DNA from: an uncultured Deferribacteraceae bacterium | Lineage (GTDB): Bacteria; Chrysiogenota; Deferribacteres; CAMZNJ01 | Assembly (NCBI GenBank): GCA_947313855.1 | Contig: CAMZNS010000035.1 | Coordinates: 2,435 to 66,434 of the forward strand | DNA: 64,000 nt | Direction of reading: 5' to 3' | Part shown: positions 18,297-28,645 of the stretch, piece after piece | Layout of the letters: every line of letters begins with the position of its first letter | How positions within the stretch are numbered: position 1 is the stretch's first letter | Program-made: the position numbers and the translations under genes | Notes under the pieces: model-generated | Databases searched by the model: none | What the model was told of the DNA's origin: nothing | Seen by the model: only the letters and a program-made list of their open reading frames with translations

Positions 18297-19538
18297 CTAA
18301 TATTTAAACGTGGGGAATGAGGAGGCAAACTCCTGAACGTCACCCTTGATAGCCTCAATGGACGTTTCACTGTTGCGTTGCTCATAGGCTTGGTTGATGA
18401 AGTTCCCTACTTTCGCCATATCCAGGGTTCCAAAGCCTCGACTAGTCATGGCTGGCGATCCGAATCGTATCCCCGCAGTAATCAATGGCGAGCTTGTGTC
18501 AAACGGCACAGAGTTCTTGTTAGCAGTAATACTCACCCTATCGAGTAGGTGCTCCATCTCCTTACCTGTAATCCCTTTCGACCTTAGGTCGATGAGCAAC
18601 AGGTGGTTATCTGTGCCCCCGCTCAAAACGTCAAACCCATGACCAACGAGGTTATTTGACAACGACTGTGCGTTAGCTATTACACGCTCCTGATAAGCTT
18701 TAAAGCTCGGTTCAAGTGCCTCTTTAAATGCCAAAGCTTTTGCACCGATAACGTGCAGTAGTGGTCCTCCTTGGCTTCCGGGGAAGATTGATGAGTTCAT
18801 CTTTTTGGCAATCTCCTCGCTATCGGACAAAATCAAGCCACCACGAGGTCCTCTCAATGTTTTGTGTGTAGTGGTGGTAACAAGGTGGGCATGGGGGAGT
18901 GGTGAATTGTGCAGTCCCGCAACCACCAAGCCGGCAATGTGGGCAATATCTGCCATTAGAAAGGCACCTACTTCGTCAGCAATGGCACGGAACCGAGCAA
19001 AATCGATGGATCGTGAGTAGGCACTCGCACCCGCAATGATAACTTTAGGACGATGTTTCTTCGCCATGGCTAGGGCGTTATCGTAGTCGATGAGGAATGT
19101 CTCAGGGGACACCGTGTATCCTACAAAGTTGAATAGTTTGCCGCTAAAGTTGACAGGTGAGCCGTGAGTTAAGTGCCCGCCGTGGGATAGATCCATTCCA
19201 AGAACGGTGTCCCCCGGGTTGCAGAGAGCCATTAGTGCGGCGAAATTGGCTTGGCTACCTGAATGTGGTTGAACATTGACGTAGTTGGCACCGAACATTT
19301 TTTTTGCCCTGTCGATGGCCAAGTTTTCGACAATATCCACATGTTCACAGCCACCGTAATACCGTCGTCCGGGATACCCTTCTGCATACTTATTTGTTAG
19401 TACAGTGGAGTATGCTTCACGAACAGCGTCAGAGACATAGTTTTCGCTAGCGATAAGTTCGATGTTGTTTAGTTGTCGATGTTCCTCTTTTGTGATAGCG
19501 TCGTAAAGTTCCCTATCCATATTTTTTATGAGCTCCAT
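18297..19538 (-). CDS. glyA: Serine hydroxymethyltransferase
   Basis: [37 protein letters not shown]; start ATG 19538. Confidence 0.98.
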   Translation of the reverse strand: MELIKNMDRELYDAITKEEHRQLNNIELIASENYVSDAVREAYSTVLTNKYAEGYPGRRYYGGCEHVDIVENLAIDRAKKMFGANYVNVQPHSGSQANFAALMALCNPGDTVLGMDLSHGGHLTHGSPVNFSGKLFNFVGYTVSPETFLIDYDNALAMAKKHRPKVIIAGASAYSRSIDFARFRAIADEVGAFLMADIAHIAGLVVAGLHNSPLPHAHLVTTTTHKTLRGPRGGLILSDSEEIAKKMNSSIFPGSQGGPLLHVIGAKALAFKEALEPSFKAYQERVIANAQSLSNNLVGHGFDVLSGGTDNHLLLIDLRSKGITGKEMEHLLDRVSITANKNSVPFDTSSPLITAGIRFGSPAMTSRGFGTLDMAKVGNFINQAYEQRNSETSIEAIKGDVQEFASSFPTFKY

Positions 19539-19674
19539 ATTGAACCCCCCTTTTTTTCGTAGACACACTAAATACTTCTGATTTTGTACGAATTCAGGTT
19601 GACCAGATCCAGTATTGAGTTGCAATACAGCGATAAAAGTTTCTAGTGCTTTTATTTATTTGTTAGTTTAGCAC

Positions 19675-19709
19675 AAAAAAAGGGTTTCAGCCACAAGAAC
19701 TGAAACCCT
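19675..19709 (-). terminator. Intrinsic terminator downstream of the LysM gene
   Basis: AGGGTTTCAG / CTGAAACCCT 10-bp stem with T-run on the minus strand. Confidence 0.85.
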
Positions 19710-19744
19710 AGAAGATTAATATTGAGTTTTTTTATTTTTGGATT

Positions 19745-20359
19745 CTATTTGTTGTCGTATAGAGACCAAGCACCGCGTGAGCTTGCCATTTTGCGAGCTT
19801 TAGCTTTGTGATCCGATTCGTAATCTGCCCAGATTTTGAGCATTTGGTCGGGGTAGATTAGGTCGGGGTCGTTAATACTACGTGAGTTGCTCCAGTAGAT
19901 TAGTGGCCATAGGAATGGGTCGTTCAGTTGTTTGTCGGATATTCCCCATAGGGTATCGCCACGCATAACTTTGTAATTAGTCATGGCACCGAGTCCTTGA
20001 ATTTCGGCCATTACTGCTCCACCTACGAGTGCGTTGTAGTACATTCTTGCTTCATCTATGGCAGAGTTAGCTTCGTCGTAGCGACAGTTTGCGATGGAAG
20101 AGTCGGCTACTTTTAGCATGTTGACAGCTTCGTCGTACTGCATTTTATTTTCGTTACGTGTTTTTTTGTCTACTCCGCTCAGGTCGGTATTGAGTGAGTA
20201 CACCGAGGATTGCAACTGACGTTCCATGTCAGTATTGTAGCCGGTTTCGCAGTTTGATGCTGCTACTGGGGAAGCGTCTGGATCGATTGAGGCACCGCCA
20301 CAGGATACTAGAAATATGCTTCCGAATACGGCTAGTGATAAGTAAACTATCCTACTCAT
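19745..20359 (-). CDS. LysM-domain lipoprotein
   Basis: Lipobox LVSC; YKVMRGDTLWGIS...WPLIYWSN...PDLIYPDQML LysM domain. Confidence 0.9.
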   Translation of the reverse strand: MSRIVYLSLAVFGSIFLVSCGGASIDPDASPVAASNCETGYNTDMERQLQSSVYSLNTDLSGVDKKTRNENKMQYDEAVNMLKVADSSIANCRYDEANSAIDEARMYYNALVGGAVMAEIQGLGAMTNYKVMRGDTLWGISDKQLNDPFLWPLIYWSNSRSINDPDLIYPDQMLKIWADYESDHKAKARKMASSRGAWSLYDNK

Positions 20360-20660
20360 TATTAAACCTCCAAATGTTTAATAGTCTTCTTTGGTATTAG
20401 TATCGGTATTCGCTATAATGCATCTAAAAGTTTGTGGTGAAGTTGATATTAACCGTTGTTTATTACGGTTTCTCTTACTCATCAATTCCTCTTAGATACT
20501 TACACCGCTTATAATATTACTTTTCTCAATACTTTGCAATAGGTTTCTTAATATTTGATAATAAATATTGAGAATAGTTCAGGAAATTTATTTCAGAACA
20601 CTTATTAAAGCCTTTGCGTTCGTTGTGTTCTGTTGTTTTGCCTTGTTTATTTCGTATATT

Positions 20661-22463
20661 TTATTTATCAAACTTTTTTTGAATTAGTCCTAGCTCCGAG
20701 AGTTGTGCTTGTGTAACCTCTGTTGGTGCGTTGGACATGGCGTCGGTTGCTCGTTGAGTTTTGGGAAAAGGGATGACGTCGCGTATGGAGTCGACGCCAC
20801 ATAGTATTGCGGCGAGTCTGTCTAGACCGAAAGCTATGCCGCCATGTGGTGGGAAGCCGTATTTCATGGCATCCAGCAGGAAGCCGAATTTGTTGTTTGC
20901 TTCGTCTGCGTTGATTCCCAGCAGTTCGAACACTTTTTCTTGTACCTGATTGTTGTGTATCCTTATGGATCCCCCCGCGATTTCGTTACCGTTTAGTACG
21001 AGGTCGTATGCACGTGCTTTCAGGTTGCCCACCTCCGTGTTGCCATCAGCATCGAGGATGTTTCCTTGCGGTGCTGTGAAGGGGTGGTGCACAGCGACGT
21101 AGCGTTTTTCGTCGGTGCTGTATTCGAGTAGAGGGAAGTCTACAACCCATAGGAATTTGAATTGATTTGCGTCCATGAGTCCTAGAATTTCCCCTAGTTT
21201 TAGTCGAAGTCGGGACATGTAGTCGTTGACGGTGTCCACAGCATCTGCGGCGAAGAATATTATGTCGCCAACATTTGCGTCCATGTGTTTGACTATGTTT
21301 GCGGTGATTTCGTCGCCTAGGAATTTGGTTATTGGTGACTGCAATCCGTCTTCGTTGATGCGTATGTATGCGAGTCCTTTTGCACCAAATTGTGCGACAT
21401 AGTTTGTTAGGTCATCGATATCTTTGCGACTGAGGTTAGCTTTTTCGGCTTTAATCCCTTTGACGATTCCGCCGTTGTTGATGGCATTGTCGAACACTTT
21501 GAAGCCGCTCCCTTTTACAACGTCTGTGATGTTGTGTAGTAGCATTTCGAAACGTATGTCGGGTTTGTCGTTGCCGTATTTGTCCATGGCGTCTTGGTAT
21601 GTTATTTGTGGTACGTTGCCTAGTTTTGTGCCACGTAGGTTGAGCATTACGTCGCTTACGATTTGTTCTGCCATGTTCATGACATCTGGTTCCATTGCGA
21701 AGCTCATTTCGACGTCGAGTTGTGTAAATTCTGGTTGTCTGTCGGCACGTAGATCTTCGTCGCGGAAGCATCTTACGATTTGGAAGTATTTTTCGTATCC
21801 TGCGGCCATTAGTAGTTGTTTGAATATTTGTGGTGATTGGGGTAGGGCGAAGAAAGTTCCTTTGTTGACTCTGCTTGGTACGAGGAAGTCTCTTGCCCCT
21901 TCTGGTGTACTTTTGGTTAGGTATGGTGTTTCGATTTCGTTGAAGTCCATGTTGTAGAGGGAGTTGCGAATGGATTTGTACATGTTGTGTTTTGTGAGGA
22001 TATTTTGTTGCATTGCAACGCGTCTTAGGTCGAGGTATCGGTATTTGAGTCTTAGTTCTTCGTTTGTGTTGTCATATTCGTCTAGTTGGAAAGGTAGTGT
22101 TTGAGAGGCGTTTAGTAGTTGGACATTTTCGACGAAGACTTCTATGTCGCCGGTTTCCAGTCGACTATTCGCCATCCCTTCCAGTCGATTGGCGACGGTG
22201 CCTTGTATTGCGATGACGTATTCGCCGCGGAATGCGTCTGCTAGTGTGTGAGCTTCTTTTGCTTGTTTGGAGAAGTTGGGGTCGAAGACTATCTGTGTAA
22301 CGCCTTTGATGTCTCGTAGATCGATGAAGATAATTCCGCCATGATCTCGCCTATTTTGCACCCACCCGTTGAGTACAACTTTTTCGCCACTATTGGAGCT
22401 ACGTAGTTGGTTGTTGTAGTGTGTGCGTTGGAATTCGCTTGTTAGTTCTCGACCTAGGCTCAT
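20661..22463 (-). CDS. aspS: Aspartyl-tRNA synthetase
   Basis: RDHGGIIFIDLRD, STPEGARDF, FRDEDLRADRQPEFTQ, PPHGGIAFGLDR. Confidence 0.98.
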   Translation of the reverse strand: MSLGRELTSEFQRTHYNNQLRSSNSGEKVVLNGWVQNRRDHGGIIFIDLRDIKGVTQIVFDPNFSKQAKEAHTLADAFRGEYVIAIQGTVANRLEGMANSRLETGDIEVFVENVQLLNASQTLPFQLDEYDNTNEELRLKYRYLDLRRVAMQQNILTKHNMYKSIRNSLYNMDFNEIETPYLTKSTPEGARDFLVPSRVNKGTFFALPQSPQIFKQLLMAAGYEKYFQIVRCFRDEDLRADRQPEFTQLDVEMSFAMEPDVMNMAEQIVSDVMLNLRGTKLGNVPQITYQDAMDKYGNDKPDIRFEMLLHNITDVVKGSGFKVFDNAINNGGIVKGIKAEKANLSRKDIDDLTNYVAQFGAKGLAYIRINEDGLQSPITKFLGDEITANIVKHMDANVGDIIFFAADAVDTVNDYMSRLRLKLGEILGLMDANQFKFLWVVDFPLLEYSTDEKRYVAVHHPFTAPQGNILDADGNTEVGNLKARAYDLVLNGNEIAGGSIRIHNNQVQEKVFELLGINADEANNKFGFLLDAMKYGFPPHGGIAFGLDRLAAILCGVDSIRDVIPFPKTQRATDAMSNAPTEVTQAQLSELGLIQKKFDK

Positions 22464-22513
22464 GTCTTTTACCTCGTGTAATCAGTTTTGTTGTTTTGTT
22501 TGGTTGTGTATGT

Positions 22514-24016
22514 TTATTTAATGTGATCGTGGTCGCCGTCGTGATCGTGGTCGCCGTCGTGATCGTGATCGCCGTCGTGATCGTGGTAATCATCGGGAAT
22601 AACGTCCACCATCTCATCAGCATCCCCACCAAGAATAAGGTCGACAATACCCTCCCACAGCTCAGAGTCCATATGAATATTGGAGTCTGTGTCATGGTTT
22701 TGGTCAAGGTTTAGTGGTATGAGCACCTGTTCCCCGGAGGCCATATCGCGTACAAGTAGTTTATCTTCGGTTATTTCGTTGTCGCCGATGATAACTGTAA
22801 ACCTTGCGTTGTATCGGTTTGCCACTTTTAGTTGTGATTTGAGGGACGAGCATGTGGGGTTCATGATAACACAGAGCCCTGCCCTACGCAACCTTTTCGT
22901 AATGTTCGTGGCGAGTCTTTGCCCTAGTGTTTGGTTGTTTGTGTTGAGTGGTGTGGCGATGTATGCGTCAGCTATGATGGTTGTTTGAGTGTGGTTTTGG
23001 TTGTTTTGGTTGTTTTGTTCATTTTGTTCATGGATTTTGTCTTGCTCCATTAGTGCTTCCGTGATCCTGTCCATCCCCATGGCGAATCCGACACCCTCCA
23101 CGTCTGGACCTCCTAGTGATTTGACTAATCCGTTGTATCGTCCGCCGCCACATATTACGGATCTTCGTGCGTCATTGTTGTGTTCGGGTGTGTGTACAAG
23201 TTCGAAAGCTGTTCTCATGTAGTAGTCTAGCCCTCGTACGATGCGGGTATCCACTGTGAAGGGGGTTCCCATGGTGTTGAGCCAGTTTTTCACCCCGTTA
23301 AAGTGTTCGTCGCATTCGTCGCATAGGTAGTCGGTAATTTTTGGTGCGTTGATGGTGTGGTAGTTTAGTGCATCTTTTTTGCAATCCAGTAGTCTCATGG
23401 GTCGGGCGTGGTATCGTTCTTGGCAGTCGTTGCATAGGTTGTCTTTGTGTTTTGCGAAGTGTTTCCTCAGGGCATCTTCGTACCCCTTTCGGCAGTCTTT
23501 GCAACCGATGGAGTTTAGGCACACCGTTACCCCTTGCAGACCGTATTCGGCAATGGCATCGTACGCCATGGTAATCAGTTCTGCGTCGGCATGTGGTTCT
23601 TTGGAGGCAAACACCTCTACGCCGTACTGATAAAACTGTCGGTAACGTCCTCTCTGCGGTCTTTCTCGTCTGAACATCGCCCCTGCGTATGCGATTTTGT
23701 CGATACGGTGTTGTTGCGTGTACATCTTGTTTTCAATGTATGCCCTCACAGCGGGTGCCGTTCCTTCGGGTCTTAGAGCGATGGTGTCTGTTTTTTTGTT
23801 GCCCGTTGTGTTGTTGAAGAGGTACATCTCTTTGCTTACAATATCGCTTTCGTCGCCGGCACTTTTCGAGAAGAGTCCTGCTTTTTCCATCATTGGCAGT
23901 TCGATGTGTGTGAATCCACCACGGCGAGTGTGTTCATCTAGTATGGCCATCAGTCCATTAAAGTAGTGATAGCTTGTGCCATAAATATCGCGAAACCCTT
24001 TGACTCTTGTAAACAA
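22514..24016 (-). CDS. hisS: Histidyl-tRNA synthetase with His/Asp repeat tail
   Basis: KGFRDI, LRPEGTA, FRRERPQRGRYRQF, VRGLDYY, GGGRY; start TTG 24016 after GGAGG. Confidence 0.97.
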   Translation of the reverse strand: MFTRVKGFRDIYGTSYHYFNGLMAILDEHTRRGGFTHIELPMMEKAGLFSKSAGDESDIVSKEMYLFNNTTGNKKTDTIALRPEGTAPAVRAYIENKMYTQQHRIDKIAYAGAMFRRERPQRGRYRQFYQYGVEVFASKEPHADAELITMAYDAIAEYGLQGVTVCLNSIGCKDCRKGYEDALRKHFAKHKDNLCNDCQERYHARPMRLLDCKKDALNYHTINAPKITDYLCDECDEHFNGVKNWLNTMGTPFTVDTRIVRGLDYYMRTAFELVHTPEHNNDARRSVICGGGRYNGLVKSLGGPDVEGVGFAMGMDRITEALMEQDKIHEQNEQNNQNNQNHTQTTIIADAYIATPLNTNNQTLGQRLATNITKRLRRAGLCVIMNPTCSSLKSQLKVANRYNARFTVIIGDNEITEDKLLVRDMASGEQVLIPLNLDQNHDTDSNIHMDSELWEGIVDLILGGDADEMVDVIPDDYHDHDGDHDHDGDHDHDGDHDHIK

Positions 24017-24389
24017 AACACTTCCTCCGCACCGATACTCGTTCAACTTATTATTATAGCTTATCGTTACAATATATTTCAAGGTATTTAATTTTGTCAA
24101 TAAAATACAACGTAAAAATCGAGCAGACAGCTGTCGGTCGACAATGTCTGAACAAGCTTTAAGCAAGGTTTTGCAGAGGGGTTTCGCCGGTCGGAATGTT
24201 AATCGCAAGTGTATCCATGGTAAAATAAATATTTTTTAGCTTGAAAATGGTTTTATAAAAATGTTACTATTAGGGTAAATAATCGGTTGATATTTTATTA
24301 CTTAGTAAAAAGTGAACCATCACCGTGTTGTAAGCTCTAACACTACTTCCAATACCACGACAAAAACACAACACAAAGGGGCAATCACT

Positions 24390-24872
24390 ATGACAATAAA
24401 AATTTTGAAAGGGGAGCGTGCACCAAACTTCTCCCTCCTCGCATGCGATGGCAAAGAATACACCTTCGAATCCTTTACCGGTAAAGGTATTGTACTGTTT
24501 TTTTACAACAAGGACAATACCCCAAACTGCTCAAAAGAGGCAGAAGACTTCTCGCAACACCTGCACGAATTCCACAACCTCGGCTACGAAGTTGTTGGCG
24601 TTTCCCCCGATAGTTGCGAAACACATAAAAAGTTTATCAGCAAACGAGACCTATCAATACTACTACTATCCGACGAAAACTACAGCGTCGCTAGTGCCTA
24701 CGGCTCTTACGGTGAAAAAAAACTATTCGCCCCAGCAAGCTCTGGCATTATCCGCTCAACATTCGTCATCGACCAAAACAGAGACGTACTGCTAGCCGAA
24801 TACCATATTAATGTTGAAAACCATGCTCAGGATATCCTAACCTTCCTCACAAATATTTCCAAGGCGAACTAA
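24390..24872 (+). CDS. bcp: Peroxiredoxin (BCP/PrxQ family)
   Basis: APNFSL, KDNTPNCSKEA peroxidatic Cys, GVSPD, IRSTFVID; start ATG 24390. Confidence 0.9.
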   Translation: MTIKILKGERAPNFSLLACDGKEYTFESFTGKGIVLFFYNKDNTPNCSKEAEDFSQHLHEFHNLGYEVVGVSPDSCETHKKFISKRDLSILLLSDENYSVASAYGSYGEKKLFAPASSGIIRSTFVIDQNRDVLLAEYHINVENHAQDILTFLTNISKAN

Positions 24873-24953
24873 CTTTAAAGTACTGAACACAGGCATACAT
24901 TAAGTATATAAATACAAGAGCAAGTATAAATTTTTAAGCAAGAAGGTACACCT

Positions 24954-25265
24954 ATGACCAACAATATTAATAACTTCGAAAGTATGATGATGCGATTACG
25001 CACAATCGCTGATACGATGGAAAATGATGACGTAACACTTGCCGAAAGCCTCAAACTATTCGAAGAAGGGATGGATCTCGGCAAAGAATGTCGTGGGATT
25101 TTGAGCAGTGTTGAGGTTCGCGTCAACGAAATCAAAGAGCAGGCAAAACGCGTTGGCATCGATCCTGCCACAACAAACACACCGCCAAATAACTCACAGT
25201 TACCCCCTAGTGGCAACAATAACGGCACTACCATCAACCCAAGTGTTACGGATCTGCCGTTTTAG
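24954..25265 (+). CDS. xseB: Exodeoxyribonuclease VII small subunit
   Basis: FESMMMRL...TLAESLKLFEEG; xseB-ispA-dxs synteny. Confidence 0.9.
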   Translation: MTNNINNFESMMMRLRTIADTMENDDVTLAESLKLFEEGMDLGKECRGILSSVEVRVNEIKEQAKRVGIDPATTNTPPNNSQLPPSGNNNGTTINPSVTDLPF

Positions 25266-25352
25266 GCTCCTGCACACACAGGCTGGTGATTGGTGATTGG
25301 TGATTGAGAGTTGACGGCTGGTGGCGTAACTCCCCATTAATTTGAGTTAACT

Positions 25353-25381
25353 TTGACATTGCACTCGAAGTCGTTTATAAT
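25353..25381 (+). promoter_or_regulatory. Consensus sigma-70 promoter upstream of ispA-dxs
   Basis: TTGACA, 17 nt spacer, TATAAT (perfect match). Confidence 0.85.
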
Positions 25382-25651
25382 ACTTCAAACTTGGCTTACC
25401 CCTCCTCGTTTACTAGAGGGGTGCACTGTTAGAGGCTTCTTCGCTACCATACCTCTACTGTTGACTCAGGCACCTTCTTTTGCTAGCGGGGTGCACGTTT
25501 GACAATCGTAGTAGCAATAGCCGTAGCAGTAGCCGTAGTCATCGTAAACGTAAACGTAAACGTACATCGAGCGAAGCCTACACCGTGCAAAGCCTACACC
25601 GTGCGAAGTATTAAAAAGAGGTACCCCTAATGTGTCCTGCCTTTAAATTAA

Positions 25652-26599
25652 GTGGATTTTATGCATAAAACAAATTCTGTTTTCGATAAATATTCCAAAA
25701 GCATTACTGACTACATGGAGGGCTCCCTCCCACCTTACAGCCCCCATACTCCTCACCTTGAGGAGGCGATGCTCTACTCACTTATCCCCACAGGGAAGGC
25801 TATTCGCCCCTTGTTAGCCCTTAGCTCGTACAAGCTGTTTGCCCACTCCCACCGCGAAGCGATCCCTATGGCCGCTTGCATCGAGATGCTCCACACCTAC
25901 ACCCTTGTTCACGACGACCTTCCCTCCATGGACAACGACGCCATTAGGCGTGGACGTGCTAGCACCCATGTTGCCTACGGCGATTGGCTTGCAACCCTAG
26001 CGGGTGACGCCCTACTCACCAAGGTTTTCGAGATAATGAGCATCAATACCCGCTTCAACAGCGACGTCCGCATCAACGCCATCGCAAAGCTGGCTCAGTA
26101 TGCTGGTCATACAGGTCTTATTGCTGGTCAAGTTGCCGACATGTCTTACTCCCTCGCCGGCATGTCCACCATGAGCAATTTGTCCAAGGAGTCTGTCCTC
26201 GAGTTTATACATACTAACAAGACTGCGGCACTGTTTCGTTACTCCTGCGAGCTTGGTGGGATCCTTGCTGAGGCGTCTCCTCGCGATACCTCTACCATTG
26301 CCCTTTTTGGTGAGAAGCTTGGTTTAGCGTTCCAAATATACGACGATATCGAAGACAGTAGCTCTCATCAAGACGACGACAAGCTCACTTACCCCAGTGT
26401 TATCGGTCTCAGTGAGTCCACAAAGCTGTACAAACAGCTACTCGCCGAATCACTTGCCCTTCTGGACAACTTTGCCGTGCCTGCTTACAACAGTGAGGCA
26501 TTGTCGGACTTGATTATACTAGCGAATAGCATCGGCAACGATCTTGGCGACGATACTCCCGACGATACTCCCGACGATACTCCAATGGCTACCCCTTAG
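25652..26599 (+). CDS. ispA: Geranyl/farnesyl diphosphate synthase
   Basis: GKAIRP, LVHDDLPSMDND, GQVAD, KTAALF, FQIYDDIED; start GTG 25652 or ATG 25661. Confidence 0.93.
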   Translation: MDFMHKTNSVFDKYSKSITDYMEGSLPPYSPHTPHLEEAMLYSLIPTGKAIRPLLALSSYKLFAHSHREAIPMAACIEMLHTYTLVHDDLPSMDNDAIRRGRASTHVAYGDWLATLAGDALLTKVFEIMSINTRFNSDVRINAIAKLAQYAGHTGLIAGQVADMSYSLAGMSTMSNLSKESVLEFIHTNKTAALFRYSCELGGILAEASPRDTSTIALFGEKLGLAFQIYDDIEDSSSHQDDDKLTYPSVIGLSESTKLYKQLLAESLALLDNFAVPAYNSEALSDLIILANSIGNDLGDDTPDDTPDDTPMATP

Positions 26600-26731
26600 T
26601 GCTGTTTTTGTTATGTGTGGTGAGATTTATGTGGATAAATTTATGAATGCAGACTTGCTTATCTTTAGACTATTTATATGTTACAGCGACCGATTGAGCC
26701 ATTTGCGTTCATGTGGTGGAGGTTTTATTAC

Positions 26732-28630
26732 ATGCACAGTAGCAGATTGAACAAACAACTGAGCTACAGAAGTATTCCACTCATGAAGCACCATGAGCTA
26801 CTAAAGTTAAGTAGTCTCTTGCGAAGTACTATTGTTGACTTCTGCTCTCAGCGTGGTGGGCACCTTAGCTCCAACTTGGGGGTTGTTGATCTCACCATCG
26901 CTCTCCTGCGAGTCTTTACCCCCGACAAGGACTCCATAATTTTCGATGTTGGGCATCAGTGTTATGCCTACAAGATGCTCACCCTACGCTACGACCGTAT
27001 CCACACCATGCGTACTTACAACGGTTTGTCTGGATATCAGAGTCGTTCAGAGAGTCCGTTCGACCACTACGGTGCTGGTCATTCGAGTACCTCTATTTCG
27101 GGTGCCATGGGTATTGCCACGGCAAAGCATTTCACCCACGACAGTTCTGAGACCGTTGCTATTATTGGCGATGGAGCTCTCACCGCTGGACTCCCTTTCG
27201 AGGCACTCAACAATATTTCTTCCATACCGGGTAAAGTTATTGTTGTCGTCAACGACAACCAGATGTCCATATCCAAAACGGTTGGTAGCCTTTCTGCACA
27301 CATGCAGGAATCGCAAGACAACTCTAGTGTCAAGAGTATCTTCACCCACATGGGTTTAGACTACATGGGCAGTATTGACGGACACAACATGACTGAGCTC
27401 CATGATGCCCTTCTCAGTTGCAAGTCAAATCCTCATTCGTGTGTGCTCCATGTTCGCACCGTCAAGGGTAAGGGGTTTGAGCCTTCTGAGGCGAACCCTT
27501 TAGACTACCATGGTATCGGCTCGTTTGATCCCAACAACCTCCCCAACAACCTCCCCAACAACCTCCCCAGCAGTAACTCTTCTTCCGCTGTGGCTCCTCA
27601 GGGTGGTGAAAATGACGATGCTACACCTGTTAAAAGGTCGTATTCGTCGGTTATGGCGGAGAAACTCACCTCCATGGCAAGTAGTTCTGCGGGCAAGAAT
27701 ATTGTTGCTCTAACGGCCGCCATGCCTACCGGTACAGGGTTGGACATTTTTCAGCAAACTCACCCAAACCGTTTTTACGATGTTGGTATCGCTGAGCAAC
27801 ACCAAGTTGTCTTCGCGGCAGGTCTTGCTGCCAAGGGTATGCGTCCTTATGTTGCCATCTACTCCACATTTTTGCAACGTGGTTACGACTCCCTTGTCCA
27901 CGATATTGTTATCCAAAACCTCCCCGTTGTATTTTGTATCGATCGTGCGGGTTTAGTTGGCGAGGATGGTTCCACGCACCATGGTCTTTTTGACATTGCG
28001 TTTATGCGTTGTCTGCCCAACATGACCATCATGCTCCCTCGCGATACTCAGGAGTTGGAGATGATGCTCGAATACTCCCTGACCCTCAACTCCCCCTGTG
28101 CTATTCGCTACCCCCGCGGTAATGGTAGAGTCTATCCCAGCATGCCACCGTCCCCCCTTGTTTTTGGGGAGGCAGAGGTAATGGATGAGTGTGAGGCTGC
28201 GTCTGTTGTTCTTATCTCCATCGGTCATATTTTTGAGGAGTGCCACAGTGCTTACGAGCGTCTTCTTTCGGAAGGTATTCGGATTGCCTTCGTTAACCTC
28301 CGTTTTGTTAAGCCCCTCAATATGAGCAAGCTTTGCGAGCACCTTCGCGATCGTAAGCATATTGTTTGCGTGGAGGATGGTAGTCAAGTTGGTGGTGCAG
28401 GCGAGATGTTGCAGTCGTTGCTTCCTAAGTACGGTATTTCGTCTCCCATGACCCACTTAGCTGTTCCCGATACCCTTATTAAGCATGGTTCAGTTGCCCA
28501 ACTCCGTGCACAGTGTTCCTTGGATTCTGACAGCATCTATCGCATCATACAAGGTGTTTTGCAAAACCCTGCAATAGAGTGCTCTCCTCACCCCCTAGCC
28601 AATGAGCCCGACCATAGCAAACAAGGATAA
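26732..28630 (+). CDS. dxs: 1-deoxy-D-xylulose-5-phosphate synthase
   Basis: GGHLSSNLG, FDVGHQ, GDGALT...NDN, GIAEQH, YSTFLQR, RYPRG; start ATG 26732 after GGAGG. Confidence 0.97.
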   Translation: MHSSRLNKQLSYRSIPLMKHHELLKLSSLLRSTIVDFCSQRGGHLSSNLGVVDLTIALLRVFTPDKDSIIFDVGHQCYAYKMLTLRYDRIHTMRTYNGLSGYQSRSESPFDHYGAGHSSTSISGAMGIATAKHFTHDSSETVAIIGDGALTAGLPFEALNNISSIPGKVIVVVNDNQMSISKTVGSLSAHMQESQDNSSVKSIFTHMGLDYMGSIDGHNMTELHDALLSCKSNPHSCVLHVRTVKGKGFEPSEANPLDYHGIGSFDPNNLPNNLPNNLPSSNSSSAVAPQGGENDDATPVKRSYSSVMAEKLTSMASSSAGKNIVALTAAMPTGTGLDIFQQTHPNRFYDVGIAEQHQVVFAAGLAAKGMRPYVAIYSTFLQRGYDSLVHDIVIQNLPVVFCIDRAGLVGEDGSTHHGLFDIAFMRCLPNMTIMLPRDTQELEMMLEYSLTLNSPCAIRYPRGNGRVYPSMPPSPLVFGEAEVMDECEAASVVLISIGHIFEECHSAYERLLSEGIRIAFVNLRFVKPLNMSKLCEHLRDRKHIVCVEDGSQVGGAGEMLQSLLPKYGISSPMTHLAVPDTLIKHGSVAQLRAQCSLDSDSIYRIIQGVLQNPAIECSPHPLANEPDHSKQG

Positions 28631-28645
28631 CTTTAGTTAGCAATC

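Noticed and set aside
24017-24208. N-terminal extension of HisS (likewise for GlyA, TSUP and Dxs)
   Set aside because: Better RBS-linked starts match the family N-termini; the extensions run through promoter-like AT-rich DNA.
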